Notes: a model not told the origin generated them from the letters alone. A DNA stretch of 64,000 nt from a virus (IMGVR_UViG_3300045988_098233:1-64000), one strand, 5' to 3'. Shown: positions 10,289 to 19,979, counted from the stretch's first letter. A program made the numbers and translations.

Positions 10289-11092
10289 TTAAATTTGTTC
10301 CTTGTTGTTGGTAAATTGACTCAGCGGGGTTACGGCCCCCGCATCCTCCCGCTCCCGGTCATAGAAAAGGTGGGGTACAGGGTTCCCGCCCTTCCACTTC
10401 ACGCCGTTGCCCTCCGAAATGCCGCAGATCAGATAATCTGCCGCCCGCTGGATGGCTTCCTGACGCCGTTTCAGCTTTAAAATAGGCCATTCGTCCATCT
10501 CCGTTTCCTCGCATCCGGTAAACAGGGCGATGGAGGAAAGCAGACCGGCTGGGTCCCGTCGCAGCTTCGGCCCGTTTCTCCGGGCCAGCTCCGCCTCCGC
10601 TTCCAACAGGTCCGGGTTGGCGTCCTCATCCGTCAACTCAATGCCGTTCTGATAGGCCAGAATAGCCCTGAGCCGCTGGAATTGTACCGGGGTAATGGTG
10701 ATTTCTTCCTCGCCGTTCCATGTAAAGCATATCCCCTTTAAATCCATTGTGTTTTCAGGTGAAAGTTTCACATGAAACAGGCGGATGCGGTCCGAAAGGC
10801 TCCGGCCCTCCCCCAGCCGCAGCGCCAGCGCCAAAAACGCCAGCGCCCGGTTAAAAAGGCCCACAGGTTCCTCCCCCCGCTCCATGCTTTCCAGATCCAT
10901 GACCCAATAGGCTGTCAGCAGAGGCATGACCGCATAGCGCACAGGGAGCGCCTGCTGGATCACGTCAATGGCGGGTCTCGCCCGCTCAAATTCCTCCCGC
11001 TCACAGACCCGGATGGGCCATAGGGTCAGTCCGGCGGTTTCTACGGGTTCGTAACGGTCCGCCGCCCGCTTGATATTCCGTGAGAGTTCCAT
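10289..11092 (-). CDS. hypothetical phage structural-module protein (267 aa)
   Basis: ORF tightly packed in the late operon. Confidence 0.5.
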   Translation of the reverse strand: MELSRNIKRAADRYEPVETAGLTLWPIRVCEREEFERARPAIDVIQQALPVRYAVMPLLTAYWVMDLESMERGEEPVGLFNRALAFLALALRLGEGRSLSDRIRLFHVKLSPENTMDLKGICFTWNGEEEITITPVQFQRLRAILAYQNGIELTDEDANPDLLEAEAELARRNGPKLRRDPAGLLSSIALFTGCEETEMDEWPILKLKRRQEAIQRAADYLICGISEGNGVKWKGGNPVPHLFYDREREDAGAVTPLSQFTNNKEQI

Positions 11093-11123
11093 TCCTTTAA
11101 TTCATCCTCTCCAATATCTGAAA

Positions 11124-11426
11124 TTAAATGGCAATGCCTGCGGTGGCAAACAGCGCCGCAATACAGGCCCCGGCGATCAGCCAGATCACTTTGTCCACGA
11201 GGCTGTCCCACCGTTTGGCGGACTTCCCTTCCATCTCCGTCATTTTCTCATCGATCCGGCTCACCTTTGTCCCCATTTCTTCCTGCTTGGTTGCCATTAC
11301 CTCTACGCTGGCAGTCAGTTTGATCAGCGCCTGCTGATCCCGCTCCACATCGGCCATGCGGTGATTCAGAGATTTGATCTCGTGCTCGTGGCCCTCTATT
11401 TTTACGGCTGCTTCTTCCATGTTCAT
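11124..11426 (-). CDS. XhlA-like (haemolysin XhlA family) coiled-coil membrane protein
   Basis: 100 aa with an N-terminal coiled coil (EHEIKSLNHRMADVERDQQALIKL) and a single C-terminal TM helix (VIWLIAGACIAALFATAGIAI). This is the XhlA architecture. Confidence 0.55.
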   Translation of the reverse strand: MNMEEAAVKIEGHEHEIKSLNHRMADVERDQQALIKLTASVEVMATKQEEMGTKVSRIDEKMTEMEGKSAKRWDSLVDKVIWLIAGACIAALFATAGIAI

Positions 11427-11450
11427 GGTGGCTGTCCTCCCGTTGTGAAT

Positions 11451-12155
11451 TTAGTAGTCCTCAATGGTGTCCCCCATGGCGACTTCGCTTTCCGCCCAAT
11501 GGATGCTCATTTTCAGTTCCCGGCCTACCACCGTGCCCGTCTGGTCATAGACCGGGCGGCTGCCGTTGTCTGCGTGGGCGATACGGGAGAAGTCGCACAC
11601 GCCGATCCCCGCTATGTTCACCCCGTTCAGTGCTTCGATGATGCACTGCTCCATATCGTAGGCTCTGGAATATGCCTCCGTTTTCGTGGTGGTCTCCTGA
11701 TTCACGTTGCAGGCAATTACAAAGGTAATGCCGATCCGCGCGTCAAAGGGCGTCTGTGAAAAAATGCGGCCCAGATAGCACTTGATCATGCTTTTCGCCT
11801 CCGTCTGGGCTTCCCCCCAGAACTTCTGGGCGTAAAGGCGATACCCTTTTGGGTGCTTGCGGCGCTGGGTGCTGCTGTCTACCACAGGCTCGTTCCCGTC
11901 AAAAAGAAGGCTCTGCTTTTCCTTGGCCGTGGGCAGCCGCTCTCCCAGCGGCTTGGCCCCGTCATGCCATAGATATTTCATCAGCCGGACACGGGGGCGG
12001 GTGTTGTCATCCACCGGCTCGTAGCCGTCCGGCAGCGGCAGGTCCATCAGATAGGTCAACAGCTTGTGGGGGATCTCCTCCGCCCCACGGAAGGTCAGAA
12101 AACCGGTCTGTACCCGCTCGTAGGGATAGGTGGGGCTGTGGAAGGCCGGATTCAT
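11451..12155 (-). CDS. hypothetical phage protein (234 aa)
   Basis: ORF in the late operon, overlapping the upstream stop by 4 nt. Confidence 0.55.
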   Translation of the reverse strand: MNPAFHSPTYPYERVQTGFLTFRGAEEIPHKLLTYLMDLPLPDGYEPVDDNTRPRVRLMKYLWHDGAKPLGERLPTAKEKQSLLFDGNEPVVDSSTQRRKHPKGYRLYAQKFWGEAQTEAKSMIKCYLGRIFSQTPFDARIGITFVIACNVNQETTTKTEAYSRAYDMEQCIIEALNGVNIAGIGVCDFSRIAHADNGSRPVYDQTGTVVGRELKMSIHWAESEVAMGDTIEDY

Positions 12156-12724
12156 TGTGCGCCGCCCTTCCGCTGCTGAAAGGCCGCGTCAAAGGCGCTC
12201 CGGGCCTCTTTCAGATCGTCCAGCGTCTTTTGCACCGCCTCCGGCGTCATGCTCTGCGCCGCAAGATCCTGAAACCGGCTCACGGGATCGTTCATGGCTT
12301 GCAGCATCCCGTAAATCTCCGTTTTCAGCATCTTTTCCAGATCACGGTAGTCCGCCAGCAGGTCAAAGGCTTTGTCCCGCAGCTCCGGCCCCTTCCCCTT
12401 CATGCGGTCGATCTGGTTGAAGATGTGACCTCCGGCCCACCGGTCATAGTCATCGGCGGACATGAGGTAGGTTTCTCCCTCCACCGGCTCAAAGTCCGCT
12501 CCCAGATACAGCTTCACAAAGCCGCCCATGAGATACCGGCTTCTCCGCTCCACGTTCTCCTTGAAGTAGGGGAGCACCTGTCCCCCCTCTACCCGGACCT
12601 CCATCCGATCAAAGCACCGTCCGGCGCACTCCGCCGCAAACGCCGCCTTTTCCATCAGGGGTACATAGTCTCTGGCTGCCAGCAGCCCTTCCTCCGTTAG
12701 TTTTTTCCATTCCATATACGTCAT
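12152..12724 (-). CDS. hypothetical phage protein (190 aa)
   Basis: ORF in the late operon, translationally coupled to its neighbour. Confidence 0.55.
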   Translation of the reverse strand: MTYMEWKKLTEEGLLAARDYVPLMEKAAFAAECAGRCFDRMEVRVEGGQVLPYFKENVERRSRYLMGGFVKLYLGADFEPVEGETYLMSADDYDRWAGGHIFNQIDRMKGKGPELRDKAFDLLADYRDLEKMLKTEIYGMLQAMNDPVSRFQDLAAQSMTPEAVQKTLDDLKEARSAFDAAFQQRKGGAQ

Positions 12725-12729
12725 TCCTT

Positions 12730-12927
12730 TCAGATTTTTTGGAATTTCTCACGGTCAATCCCCCGCAGGGGGCACACCGCCGCCTGCGGTGTATTCTCCC
12801 ACTGCCCGGTCACGCCGCATAAATGCTGGTGTCCGCAGATGGGGAATTTCTGCCCCGGCTGCATCTCACACAGCAAGCTCACCGTTCCGGGCCGCTTGTA
12901 GGCGTATGGACACTTCTCTGCCATCAC
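12730..12927 (-). CDS. small Cys-rich protein (65 aa)
   Basis: ORF with 6 Cys and 2 His; its start overlaps the upstream stop. Confidence 0.45.
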   Translation of the reverse strand: MMAEKCPYAYKRPGTVSLLCEMQPGQKFPICGHQHLCGVTGQWENTPQAAVCPLRGIDREKFQKI

Positions 12928-14246
12928 AAGCCCTCCAATTCGATCTCCGCGCTGACGCTTTCACCCTCGCATCTGGCCGTTACCGTCAGCGGTTTCGGGC
13001 TGTTCCCCCAGCACCTCACTGTCAACCGGTTCCCATTGACACTCACGCTGTAAGAACCCTCTGCGGCTCCCTCATAGGTCCACTCCACTGCCGCGTCCTG
13101 GCGAACGCCGCCGATAAACAGCGCCGCCTCCAAGGTCTCTACATCGTAGGGGGCCATATACCGGGGAACCTCGTTCAAAAACCGTACCGCCGGTGTTTTT
13201 GCCGCCGATGCCTCCACCGTCACGGCGAAGGTCCCGCCGTAAGTCCGGTTTTGGTCCAGCACCGCCGTGATTTGGCAGGTGCCCTCGCCTACCGCTGTTA
13301 CCACGCCTTTGCTGTCCACCGTGGCCACGTTGGTGTCGCTGGAACACCATACATAGCCGATGGGGTGTTCCTCCGTGTTCTCCACCTCGGCCCCGTTCCG
13401 CCGGGAAGCAGCGGTGAATTGGAAGGCATCCCCCGCTGTCATGCGGGGCGCCCCGGTGACAAATACCGCCCAGGAGAAGTTCTTCCCCCCTGCCACCTTC
13501 GCTTCCAGATCGTCGATCTCGTGGTTCGGCTCCTGCATCCGGGCGTTGAAATACAGCAGGTGTGTGCTTTCATCGTCCCCGGTGAACTCCTGCGTCACGT
13601 CGGAGTAGCCCGTGATCTGGTAGGCCCGCCGCCCTAAGATCAGGCGGCTGTTCTGGTCTAACTGCTCCGTGTTGGCGTTTCGCTGGCAGATAATGTTGAA
13701 ATATCCCTGCATGATGAGGGTCATTTCCTGAAAATCGTTGGCTGTGGCCTGCGCCAAGGACTTTTCCACAAGGATCGGTTCTTCTCGGATGTTCCCGTAC
13801 CAGTCCAGAAACCGCCACACGGCGTTGCACCGCCGCATGATCCCGGTCCCTATTGCGCTGGACAGGTTGGATGGGTTCGTCACCAGCCAGTAGGAACCCA
13901 TGGTCTCCACCTTGGCCCCCTCCGGGATGTAGTTCACTCCGGCGTCCGCCACCAGAAATGCCTTCTGATCATCGGTTTTCCGGGTGAGGCTGACGCCTTG
14001 CTTGGTGGTGTCGGAAAGCCGGATACGCTTTGTGCTCCACCGGTAGAAGTCACCGGAAACCAAGCCCTGCATCCGGGCCGTCACAAAGTCCGTGGCGTAA
14101 GGAGCCATTTCCTCCACAAACCGGGCCGTGGCATCCGCAAAATACTGCCGCTTCCGATCCCGATATTGAGGCGGTGCGTTGGTTGCCCTGCCGCTCCCGC
14201 CGCTCAGTAGGCCGATGTTTTTCATGCCGTGCTTGGCGTTCGCCAT
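12924..14246 (-). CDS. phage structural protein with Ig-like (Big_2-type) domains
   Basis: 440 aa containing ..VWCSSDTNVATVDSKGVVTAVGEGTCQITAVL.., typical of bacterial Ig-like group 2 domains. Confidence 0.6.
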   Translation of the reverse strand: MANAKHGMKNIGLLSGGSGRATNAPPQYRDRKRQYFADATARFVEEMAPYATDFVTARMQGLVSGDFYRWSTKRIRLSDTTKQGVSLTRKTDDQKAFLVADAGVNYIPEGAKVETMGSYWLVTNPSNLSSAIGTGIMRRCNAVWRFLDWYGNIREEPILVEKSLAQATANDFQEMTLIMQGYFNIICQRNANTEQLDQNSRLILGRRAYQITGYSDVTQEFTGDDESTHLLYFNARMQEPNHEIDDLEAKVAGGKNFSWAVFVTGAPRMTAGDAFQFTAASRRNGAEVENTEEHPIGYVWCSSDTNVATVDSKGVVTAVGEGTCQITAVLDQNRTYGGTFAVTVEASAAKTPAVRFLNEVPRYMAPYDVETLEAALFIGGVRQDAAVEWTYEGAAEGSYSVSVNGNRLTVRCWGNSPKPLTVTARCEGESVSAEIELEGL

Positions 14247-14261
14247 ATGCGCCCCCTCCTC

Positions 14262-14975
14262 TCAGATCAGCTCCATCTGCCGCACCGACCGGCGGAACGC
14301 CGTTGCGTATAGGCAGTCCTGCTCATACTTCCGCAATTCCTGATTCAACAGCCCCCGGTTTTGCAGTTTCTTCTTGTTGCCCTTTTCCATGTACTGCGGC
14401 TCGTTAGGTGGGTTAAAGCTCCGGTCATGATCCTTGGGCGCGTCGCCGAGCCAGTTGCGGAAAAACCGCTCGTCCCATACGGAAGCTACGCACAAGCCCA
14501 ACAGCCGCTTCTGCTCCGCTGTCAGGTCATGGGCAAAGGCCCCGTCGGTGTAGAAGTCCATTTCGTACTGCAATCCCGCGTCCATCTGGGGAGGGAAGGT
14601 CACGGTCCCGGTCTCCGGGTCATACACCGCCTCTCCATACGGTACTAAGAGTACGGACTCGTCCGGCTGCTCCGCCCGCTGTGCGCAGGAGAATAATTCG
14701 TAGCCGGTCATCCCCGTCTCCACCTTCGTCTCTTTCGCAATGCTCTCCAAGGTGGAGACCCATGCGCTGTCTGCGTAGGCGGGTTCCGTCAGTCCCTCTT
14801 TTAGGTAAGCCACCATCTCAGGGGGACGGTTGAATACCGGGATCGCGTTCTTCATGTAAAGGCTCATCCGCCGCAGAAACCGTGCGGGGCTTTCCGCCGC
14901 CTGATCCGTCAGTCTCACGTCATCAATAAAAACCATGGCATGGTCCGAAATGATCTCGCTCCAACTCGTTCCCAT
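14262..14975 (-). CDS. hypothetical phage protein (237 aa)
   Basis: ORF in the late operon. Confidence 0.55.
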   Translation of the reverse strand: MGTSWSEIISDHAMVFIDDVRLTDQAAESPARFLRRMSLYMKNAIPVFNRPPEMVAYLKEGLTEPAYADSAWVSTLESIAKETKVETGMTGYELFSCAQRAEQPDESVLLVPYGEAVYDPETGTVTFPPQMDAGLQYEMDFYTDGAFAHDLTAEQKRLLGLCVASVWDERFFRNWLGDAPKDHDRSFNPPNEPQYMEKGNKKKLQNRGLLNQELRKYEQDCLYATAFRRSVRQMELI

Positions 14976-14987
14976 AGCCGCCCCTCC

Positions 14988-15548
14988 TTACGTTTTTGGA
15001 ATGTATACCAGCACGGTCCCTCCCGGTTCCGCGTCATTCATGGCAATGCCGTCTGCGTTGGCGGAGTCCGTCCCCGCCCCGGTCGCCAGAATTACGTTCC
15101 TTGGGTAAAGGTCCGCAGCCGGATAAAGTGATGCGTCCGGCAGCAGTGCCGTGGCCAGTGCCCCCGCTGAGTCGCTCCTGACCCCGGTTCCGGGATACAG
15201 CGCCGTGCTTGGGTACAGGCTTGCGCTGGGATACAGCCCTGCTTCCAGCTTCACATAGTCTCCGATGTTGATTTTCTTGCCGCCGGGGTTTACGGGAAAT
15301 TCCCGAAAGGTCCCGGCCGCGCATAGGTAGTGGGCTTCCCCGCCGCCTTGCTTCGGCAGCGTTACCCGCTGTACGGCGTTGTATTTCACGCCCGCTATTT
15401 TCACGTTTGCCTGCCATTGGGGCAAACTTCCCGGATCTCCGCCGATGTAAATGAAATCTCCGTTCCCCGTCCCGGTGGACAGGGGGATGGATAAACGCCC
15501 CACGCCGCTGTATGTCTTGTGGTTTACAATGACGGTTGGACTTGGCAT
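14988..15548 (-). CDS. fibre-like protein with LYP repeats (186 aa)
   Basis: Contains GLYPSASLYPSTALYPGTG and SLYPAADLYPRN repeats. Confidence 0.55.
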   Translation of the reverse strand: MPSPTVIVNHKTYSGVGRLSIPLSTGTGNGDFIYIGGDPGSLPQWQANVKIAGVKYNAVQRVTLPKQGGGEAHYLCAAGTFREFPVNPGGKKINIGDYVKLEAGLYPSASLYPSTALYPGTGVRSDSAGALATALLPDASLYPAADLYPRNVILATGAGTDSANADGIAMNDAEPGGTVLVYIPKT

Positions 15549-15869
15549 GAAGCGTTCTCCTTTCTGTTATTCCCCCTTCCCCCCCCAAGGTGGGGTTTCC
15601 AAAGGGGAAAGCACCAAAGCGCCGCCAGTGGCGGATAAAGCGAGGTGCTTTCGAGGAAATGGCACGATTGGCAGCCCATCAGGGCCGGGAATCGTATAGC
15701 CATGACGGTGTTAGGGCCGCAGCCCTCGCCCTTTGTGCCGTTGGGGGTCCAGGGCGAAGTCGGAACGCCCTGGTGCTTTTCTTCCGGGGTGTGGGGCGGG
15801 TTCTTTTCCAGAAAAGAATGCGCCCCACGTCCATGACATGGGAATGTCCCATTGCGGGAGCAAGCCCAT
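15549..15869. repeat. structured G/C-tract-rich intergenic element R1 (related to R2 at 18550-18788)
   Basis: 320 nt without a credible ORF. Shares four ordered blocks with R2: a C8 tract, TTYCCMAAAGGGGA, GCCCYTTTGTGCCGTT (15728-15742), and the palindromic TTCTTTTCCAGAAAAGAA block. Contains many 6-8 bp hairpins. Confidence 0.6.
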
Positions 15870-16370
15870 TTAGGAAATACTCAGCACCCCATCCAGCAGC
15901 GAGATCGTCGGCATGGTGGTGGTGCCTGTGACCTTTTGGCCGTTCACATAGGCGGTTTTGCCGGAAAGAATGTCCCCGGCAGTGGCGTCCGCGTCATCGG
16001 TGTCCACCACGGAGGTTTTACCGGCTACGCCCAGAATGGTCGCCCCGGACTTGATGTTGCCGGGAATCACCTTTCCTTGCTCCGCCTCGGAAATCTGAAC
16101 GGTGCCTCCGGTGGTGTAGCCTGCAGGAATCGTGACCGTTCCGTCCACCGTGGAAATGGTTCCGTCGGTCTTTCCGTTGTTTGGCATGGAACCGCCGATC
16201 AGGCTTCCGTTGACGTATGCGTTTTTCCCGGTCAGAATATCGCCGGCCGCCGCAGTGGCGTCACTGGTCTCCACATAGCGGGCGCTGCCGCCTCCCTCCT
16301 GCAGGGGGATCTTTACTTCTTCCACGCCCTCATACGGAACTTTGTTGATGATTACATTTTTCTTTGCCAT
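15870..16370 (-). CDS. fibre-like protein with an internal duplication (166 aa)
   Basis: ATAAAGDILTGKNAYVNG recurs as ATAGDILSGKTAYVNG. Confidence 0.55.
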   Translation of the reverse strand: MAKKNVIINKVPYEGVEEVKIPLQEGGGSARYVETSDATAAAGDILTGKNAYVNGSLIGGSMPNNGKTDGTISTVDGTVTIPAGYTTGGTVQISEAEQGKVIPGNIKSGATILGVAGKTSVVDTDDADATAGDILSGKTAYVNGQKVTGTTTMPTISLLDGVLSIS

Positions 16371-16433
16371 GTTTCCGGTCTCCTTTTAAAAATTTTCGAC
16401 CCCATCAACCGTTTTATATGGGGGTTGGATTTG

Positions 16434-16793
16434 TTAAGTCACGGTGATCTCGTCTCCGCTGTAGGTGATTTTCCCGTAGTCGCTGGGAATGGCTTCCACG
16501 ATCACGCGGGACAGCGCCGCGTAGTTGGCGTCCGGCGTCACAATCTGCTGGACTCCGGACGGCACCACGGTTTTTTCCTGATAGACCCGCCCTTCTCCAT
16601 CGGTGACGTTCAGAACCACGTCCTGAATGTCCATCACCATAGGCTTGAAGCAGGTCTCCGGCGTCAGTGTAGAGTGCTTGTTGGGTGTCAGCTCAGCTCC
16701 TTTGACTGCGGTCGGTTCTTCCGTGTCCGGCGGTATCCCGGCAGTGGGAACGGCGCAGCCTTCCGGGGTCAGGGTGGAGTGTTTGTTCGCCAT
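16434..16793 (-). CDS. hypothetical phage protein with NKHSTLTPE repeat (119 aa)
   Basis: ORF with a duplicated NKHSTLTPE motif. Confidence 0.5.
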   Translation of the reverse strand: MANKHSTLTPEGCAVPTAGIPPDTEEPTAVKGAELTPNKHSTLTPETCFKPMVMDIQDVVLNVTDGEGRVYQEKTVVPSGVQQIVTPDANYAALSRVIVEAIPSDYGKITYSGDEITVT

Positions 16794-17098
16794 CAGATCA
16801 CCCCTTCCACGATGGCCTTCCGCACGTTCACATCCGGTCCCCGGAAGCCCACCACCTCCTGATGGGGCAGTTTCATTCGTCCGCCGGTCTCAACGGGCCG
16901 GTCAGGCAGCTTCAGGCTCTGTTCCTGTGAAAGGGAGAAATACCACTGCCCCTCCGCGTAGGTCAGCCCGCCGTTGGGGTAGAACTTTGCAATGCCGCCG
17001 ATCTTCAGCACCAGGAGTTCCACCATCTGCGGCTCGATCACAACATCGTTCTGCCGCACCACGATGGGGATCAGATAGGAGTCTCCCTGCATCGCCAT
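16793..17098 (-). CDS. hypothetical phage protein (101 aa)
   Basis: ORF whose stop overlaps the next start. Confidence 0.5.
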   Translation of the reverse strand: MAMQGDSYLIPIVVRQNDVVIEPQMVELLVLKIGGIAKFYPNGGLTYAEGQWYFSLSQEQSLKLPDRPVETGGRMKLPHQEVVGFRGPDVNVRKAIVEGVI

Positions 17099-17128
17099 TG
17101 CTCTGTTCCCCCCTTCGGTTTAAAACTC

Positions 17129-18151
17129 TCAGCCGGTCCAGTCGGCTTTGCTCTCTCTCACGTCGATATGCGTGAATCCTTCCTTCGTGTAAATGCCCAC
17201 GCCGCCCCAGTCCGGCATCAGCTGTCTGGCGTAGGCCGCCACCTGCGCCGGGGTCTTGCCCCGCACCACAATGTCAGCCGCCGTGCCGTAGCAGTGCTGG
17301 CTGTCCGTCACGCCGCCCACTTTGGCGTTGTACTGGGGCGTCCGATACCCACTGTTGATGGTCACAGCCGCGCAAAAGTGACTGCGGAGGCTCTGCAAAA
17401 CCATCACCAGCCGGGGCGCTACCAGCACGGCATCGGAGCCGTCCTTGCAGGCAAATTCTCTCACTGCAAAGTTTGTGGACAGTTTCTTGCCGCCGTCCTT
17501 CGCCTTGGAATAGGCGTTGATCTCTACCATGGGTTTTTCTCCTTCCGGTTCAAATGCGTCCCCGCTTTTCAGTTTCCAGACGAGGAAAAACGGGATCACC
17601 CGCCCGTCCCCGGTAAAACCATTGCCGTCCTTGTCCATGAAGCAGGTGCTTCCTCCGCCGTCCATCATAATGGCGTTGTCCCAGCCGGAGGATACCAGCA
17701 AATCACGGAGCTGTTCCGGCGACCGCCGGTCCTTGCTCACATAGTAGGCAAACCGCCCGTTCTTGGTGCCGATGGCCGTTCGGGGCGCACGGTAGCTCAT
17801 ATCCGCTCCGCAGGTGACGGGGCTGATCTTCTTCCCGCCGATGATAAGGTGAACGCACTCCATGTAGTTTGCGTCCCCGTTGGGCACGGTTTTTACGCCG
17901 AAATCCTCCGGGGTGTTCCAGCTGATGGCCCATGCCCGATAATCCGGGGCCTTGTAAACCTTTCCGTCTGCCTTCAGGTGGCAGGCGGGCTGCTGGTTCC
18001 TTAGAAAAATGGAGCCGTTGCAGATGGCATCTCCGCCTGTCTCTGCCAACATCTTCTTGAGGTTGGCCGTGGTGGAGCGGAGACGTTTTCTGTTGAAATA
18101 AATCCGCAACCATTGGAGGTCCTGAAGCGGAATTGTACCCGCTCTGGTCAT
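17129..18151 (-). CDS. endolysin: phosphodiester-glycosidase (DUF2233/NAGPA-like) N-domain plus peptidase M15 C-domain
   Basis: N-domain motif ..GWDNAIMMDGGGSTCF... C-domain ..SGYRTPQYNAKVGGVTDSQHCYGTAADIVV..GFTHIDVR, matching the zinc D-Ala-D-Ala carboxypeptidase (M15) fold. Confidence 0.8.
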   Translation of the reverse strand: MTRAGTIPLQDLQWLRIYFNRKRLRSTTANLKKMLAETGGDAICNGSIFLRNQQPACHLKADGKVYKAPDYRAWAISWNTPEDFGVKTVPNGDANYMECVHLIIGGKKISPVTCGADMSYRAPRTAIGTKNGRFAYYVSKDRRSPEQLRDLLVSSGWDNAIMMDGGGSTCFMDKDGNGFTGDGRVIPFFLVWKLKSGDAFEPEGEKPMVEINAYSKAKDGGKKLSTNFAVREFACKDGSDAVLVAPRLVMVLQSLRSHFCAAVTINSGYRTPQYNAKVGGVTDSQHCYGTAADIVVRGKTPAQVAAYARQLMPDWGGVGIYTKEGFTHIDVRESKADWTG

Positions 18152-18531
18152 TTTCTCAGGTTCTTGCGGCTGTAGCAGCAGCCCCGGCTGTCATAGCTCA
18201 GCTCCCAGTGACCCACGGTGATGGTGGTGTCAGCGCGGCTCTCGTCCCGATCCATCACAGGGATGGCAATGCCGTAGACCCCGCCGCCCAGTGCCTTGTT
18301 GGAGTAGCGGATAGGCTTGCCGTCGCTGGCGATCTTGTAGATGCCGTCCTTCCCGTCATCCTCACCGGGGATGAAGCCCTCTTTCATCTCCTGCTCCGTC
18401 CAACCGGCCACGCCGCCGTCGGGATTCAGGTGGAAGTTGGCACCGGCCTCCTTCAGGGCCTCGTTGATCTCATCAATGGTCTTACCGGTGGCCTTGCCCT
18501 CGTTGATGATCTCTGCATATTTCTTGTCCAT
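18148..18531 (-). CDS. hypothetical protein (127 aa) sharing a short motif with the TMP C-terminus
   Basis: Start chosen at MDKKYAEI with RBS AAAGGAGA. Contains NPDGGVAGWTEQEMKEGFIP, compared with NPGGGWTQTEMNEGFIP in the TMP. Confidence 0.5.
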   Translation of the reverse strand: MDKKYAEIINEGKATGKTIDEINEALKEAGANFHLNPDGGVAGWTEQEMKEGFIPGEDDGKDGIYKIASDGKPIRYSNKALGGGVYGIAIPVMDRDESRADTTITVGHWELSYDSRGCCYSRKNLRK

Positions 18532-18549
18532 GATTTGTTCTCCTTTCAA

Positions 18550-18788
18550 ATCAAAAAATGGTTGTTGATTCTATCTATGTCCCCCTCGTCCTTGCCCCCC
18601 CCTCCAAAGGAGGGGTTCCCAAAGGGGAGGAATCGCAATTCCGCCCCTTTGTGCCGTTTCAAGGGGGTGCGGGGGGAAATCGGAATCCCCCCGCGTTTCT
18701 CTTTAGGGGGCCGGGGGGACATTCTCTTTTCAAAAGAGAATATCCCCTTGGCTTCCGCTGGGGACCCCAGCCCTTTGCGGAAGCAATT
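18550..18788. repeat. structured G/C-tract-rich intergenic element R2 (related to R1)
   Basis: About 240 nt non-coding between the holin and the next gene. Shares ordered blocks with R1, including GCCCCTTTGTGCCGTT at 18643-18658 and TTCTCTTTTCAAAAGAGAA. Confidence 0.6.
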
Positions 18789-19061
18789 TTAATTACTCAT
18801 CTGCTTTGCAATCTGATTGACCCCGGTGCTGGCCAGGCCGCTCACAATGCCCACTGCCACGGCGGTGAGATAGTCCGTTGCGGGGAAGTCTGCCATGATC
18901 AGCATCCCCACCACGCCCAGAACGCCGCCGGACACGCCCACAACAATGGGGATCCATTTGTTCTCAATGGCGGTGGCCTTCACAGCCATGCCGATCAGGT
19001 AGCAGATCACCGTGATTACTGCCACGCTTGCAATGCCAAATCCAGAAATATCCATGTTCAA
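18789..19061 (-). CDS. phage holin (90 aa, 3 TM segments)
   Basis: Small, strongly hydrophobic protein with a charged C-terminus, about 0.6 kb upstream of the endolysin. Confidence 0.7.
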   Translation of the reverse strand: MNMDISGFGIASVAVITVICYLIGMAVKATAIENKWIPIVVGVSGGVLGVVGMLIMADFPATDYLTAVAVGIVSGLASTGVNQIAKQMSN

Positions 19062-19076
19062 TTCCTCCTGTTGACC

Positions 19077-19865
19077 TTAGTCCTCTTCCGCTGCCTCCGC
19101 GCTGTTCAGCGCGTCCAGCACCGGGCGGAACATTCCCTTCCGCCTGGGGTCCTCCTTGGGTTCTTCGGCATACCGGGCCTTGTTCTTTGCGTTCAGCTGC
19201 TTCAGCAGTTCCCGGCTGTCGGCGCTTACCTCGCCCCGCTCCCATGCGTCATAGTAAGCCTTGGCCACCATCTCCTGATGCTCCGTGCAGAGATCGTCGA
19301 AGATGTCCAGCAGCTTGTCCCCCATGGTCACGGCGCAGCGGAAAGCCGTCTCGTCCAGCACCTCGCCCTTGCGGTACGCGCAGTGGTACACCGCCCGTTC
19401 CGCATCGGTCATCCCGGAGAGCACCACCAGCCACCGCCGGTCAATAAGCCGTCTTGCCGTCTCGTCATAGAACCGGCTCCACTCGCTCTTGGGCACCATC
19501 ACCGTTCCGTTCTTCCCCGTCACGGTGCCGTACATCCCGTTGGGTCCGAATACAGCCAGATTATCGTCCGCCACCGGGGCGCACCAGCGGAGCGTCACCT
19601 TTTCCGTGTCCGCCATCACCTGCACCACTTGGGGTTTGACCTCCGCCATGGCCTTTGCAACGGCCTCCGCCGCCGCCTGTTTGGCGATCTCCGCTACCTC
19701 ATCGGCTGTATAGAGCTTTTCGGGTTCCTTCTCCGCCGCAGGTGCTTTCTGCTCTGCCACGGGCGCAGCCTTTGTCTGTTCCCGCAAGGGCTGGTCGGCT
19801 GCTTCCAGCTCCTGGGCTTCAATCCCCGCCGCCACATCTGCGGCCGTCCGTTTCTCTTTTGCCAT
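19077..19865 (-). CDS. hypothetical phage head-module protein (262 aa)
   Basis: ORF directly downstream of the capsid gene, with an Ala/Glu-rich N-terminus. Confidence 0.55.
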   Translation of the reverse strand: MAKEKRTAADVAAGIEAQELEAADQPLREQTKAAPVAEQKAPAAEKEPEKLYTADEVAEIAKQAAAEAVAKAMAEVKPQVVQVMADTEKVTLRWCAPVADDNLAVFGPNGMYGTVTGKNGTVMVPKSEWSRFYDETARRLIDRRWLVVLSGMTDAERAVYHCAYRKGEVLDETAFRCAVTMGDKLLDIFDDLCTEHQEMVAKAYYDAWERGEVSADSRELLKQLNAKNKARYAEEPKEDPRRKGMFRPVLDALNSAEAAEED

Positions 19866-19943
19866 CTTTGTCCGCTCCTTTCAGATACAAGATGCTTTGT
19901 TTTCTGTTGCGCTCCGCCCTCATGCAGGCTTTGCGCCATATCT

Positions 19944-19971
19944 GCGGGAGAGAGGGTTTCCTCCCTCCCGC
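19944..19971 (-). other. 12-bp GC-rich stem-loop immediately after the capsid gene (no U tract)
   Basis: GCGGGAGGGAGG-AAAC-CCUCUCUCCCGC on the sense strand, with one mismatch. Probably an mRNA-stabilising or attenuating hairpin. Confidence 0.4.
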
Positions 19972-19979
19972 TTTGGGTC

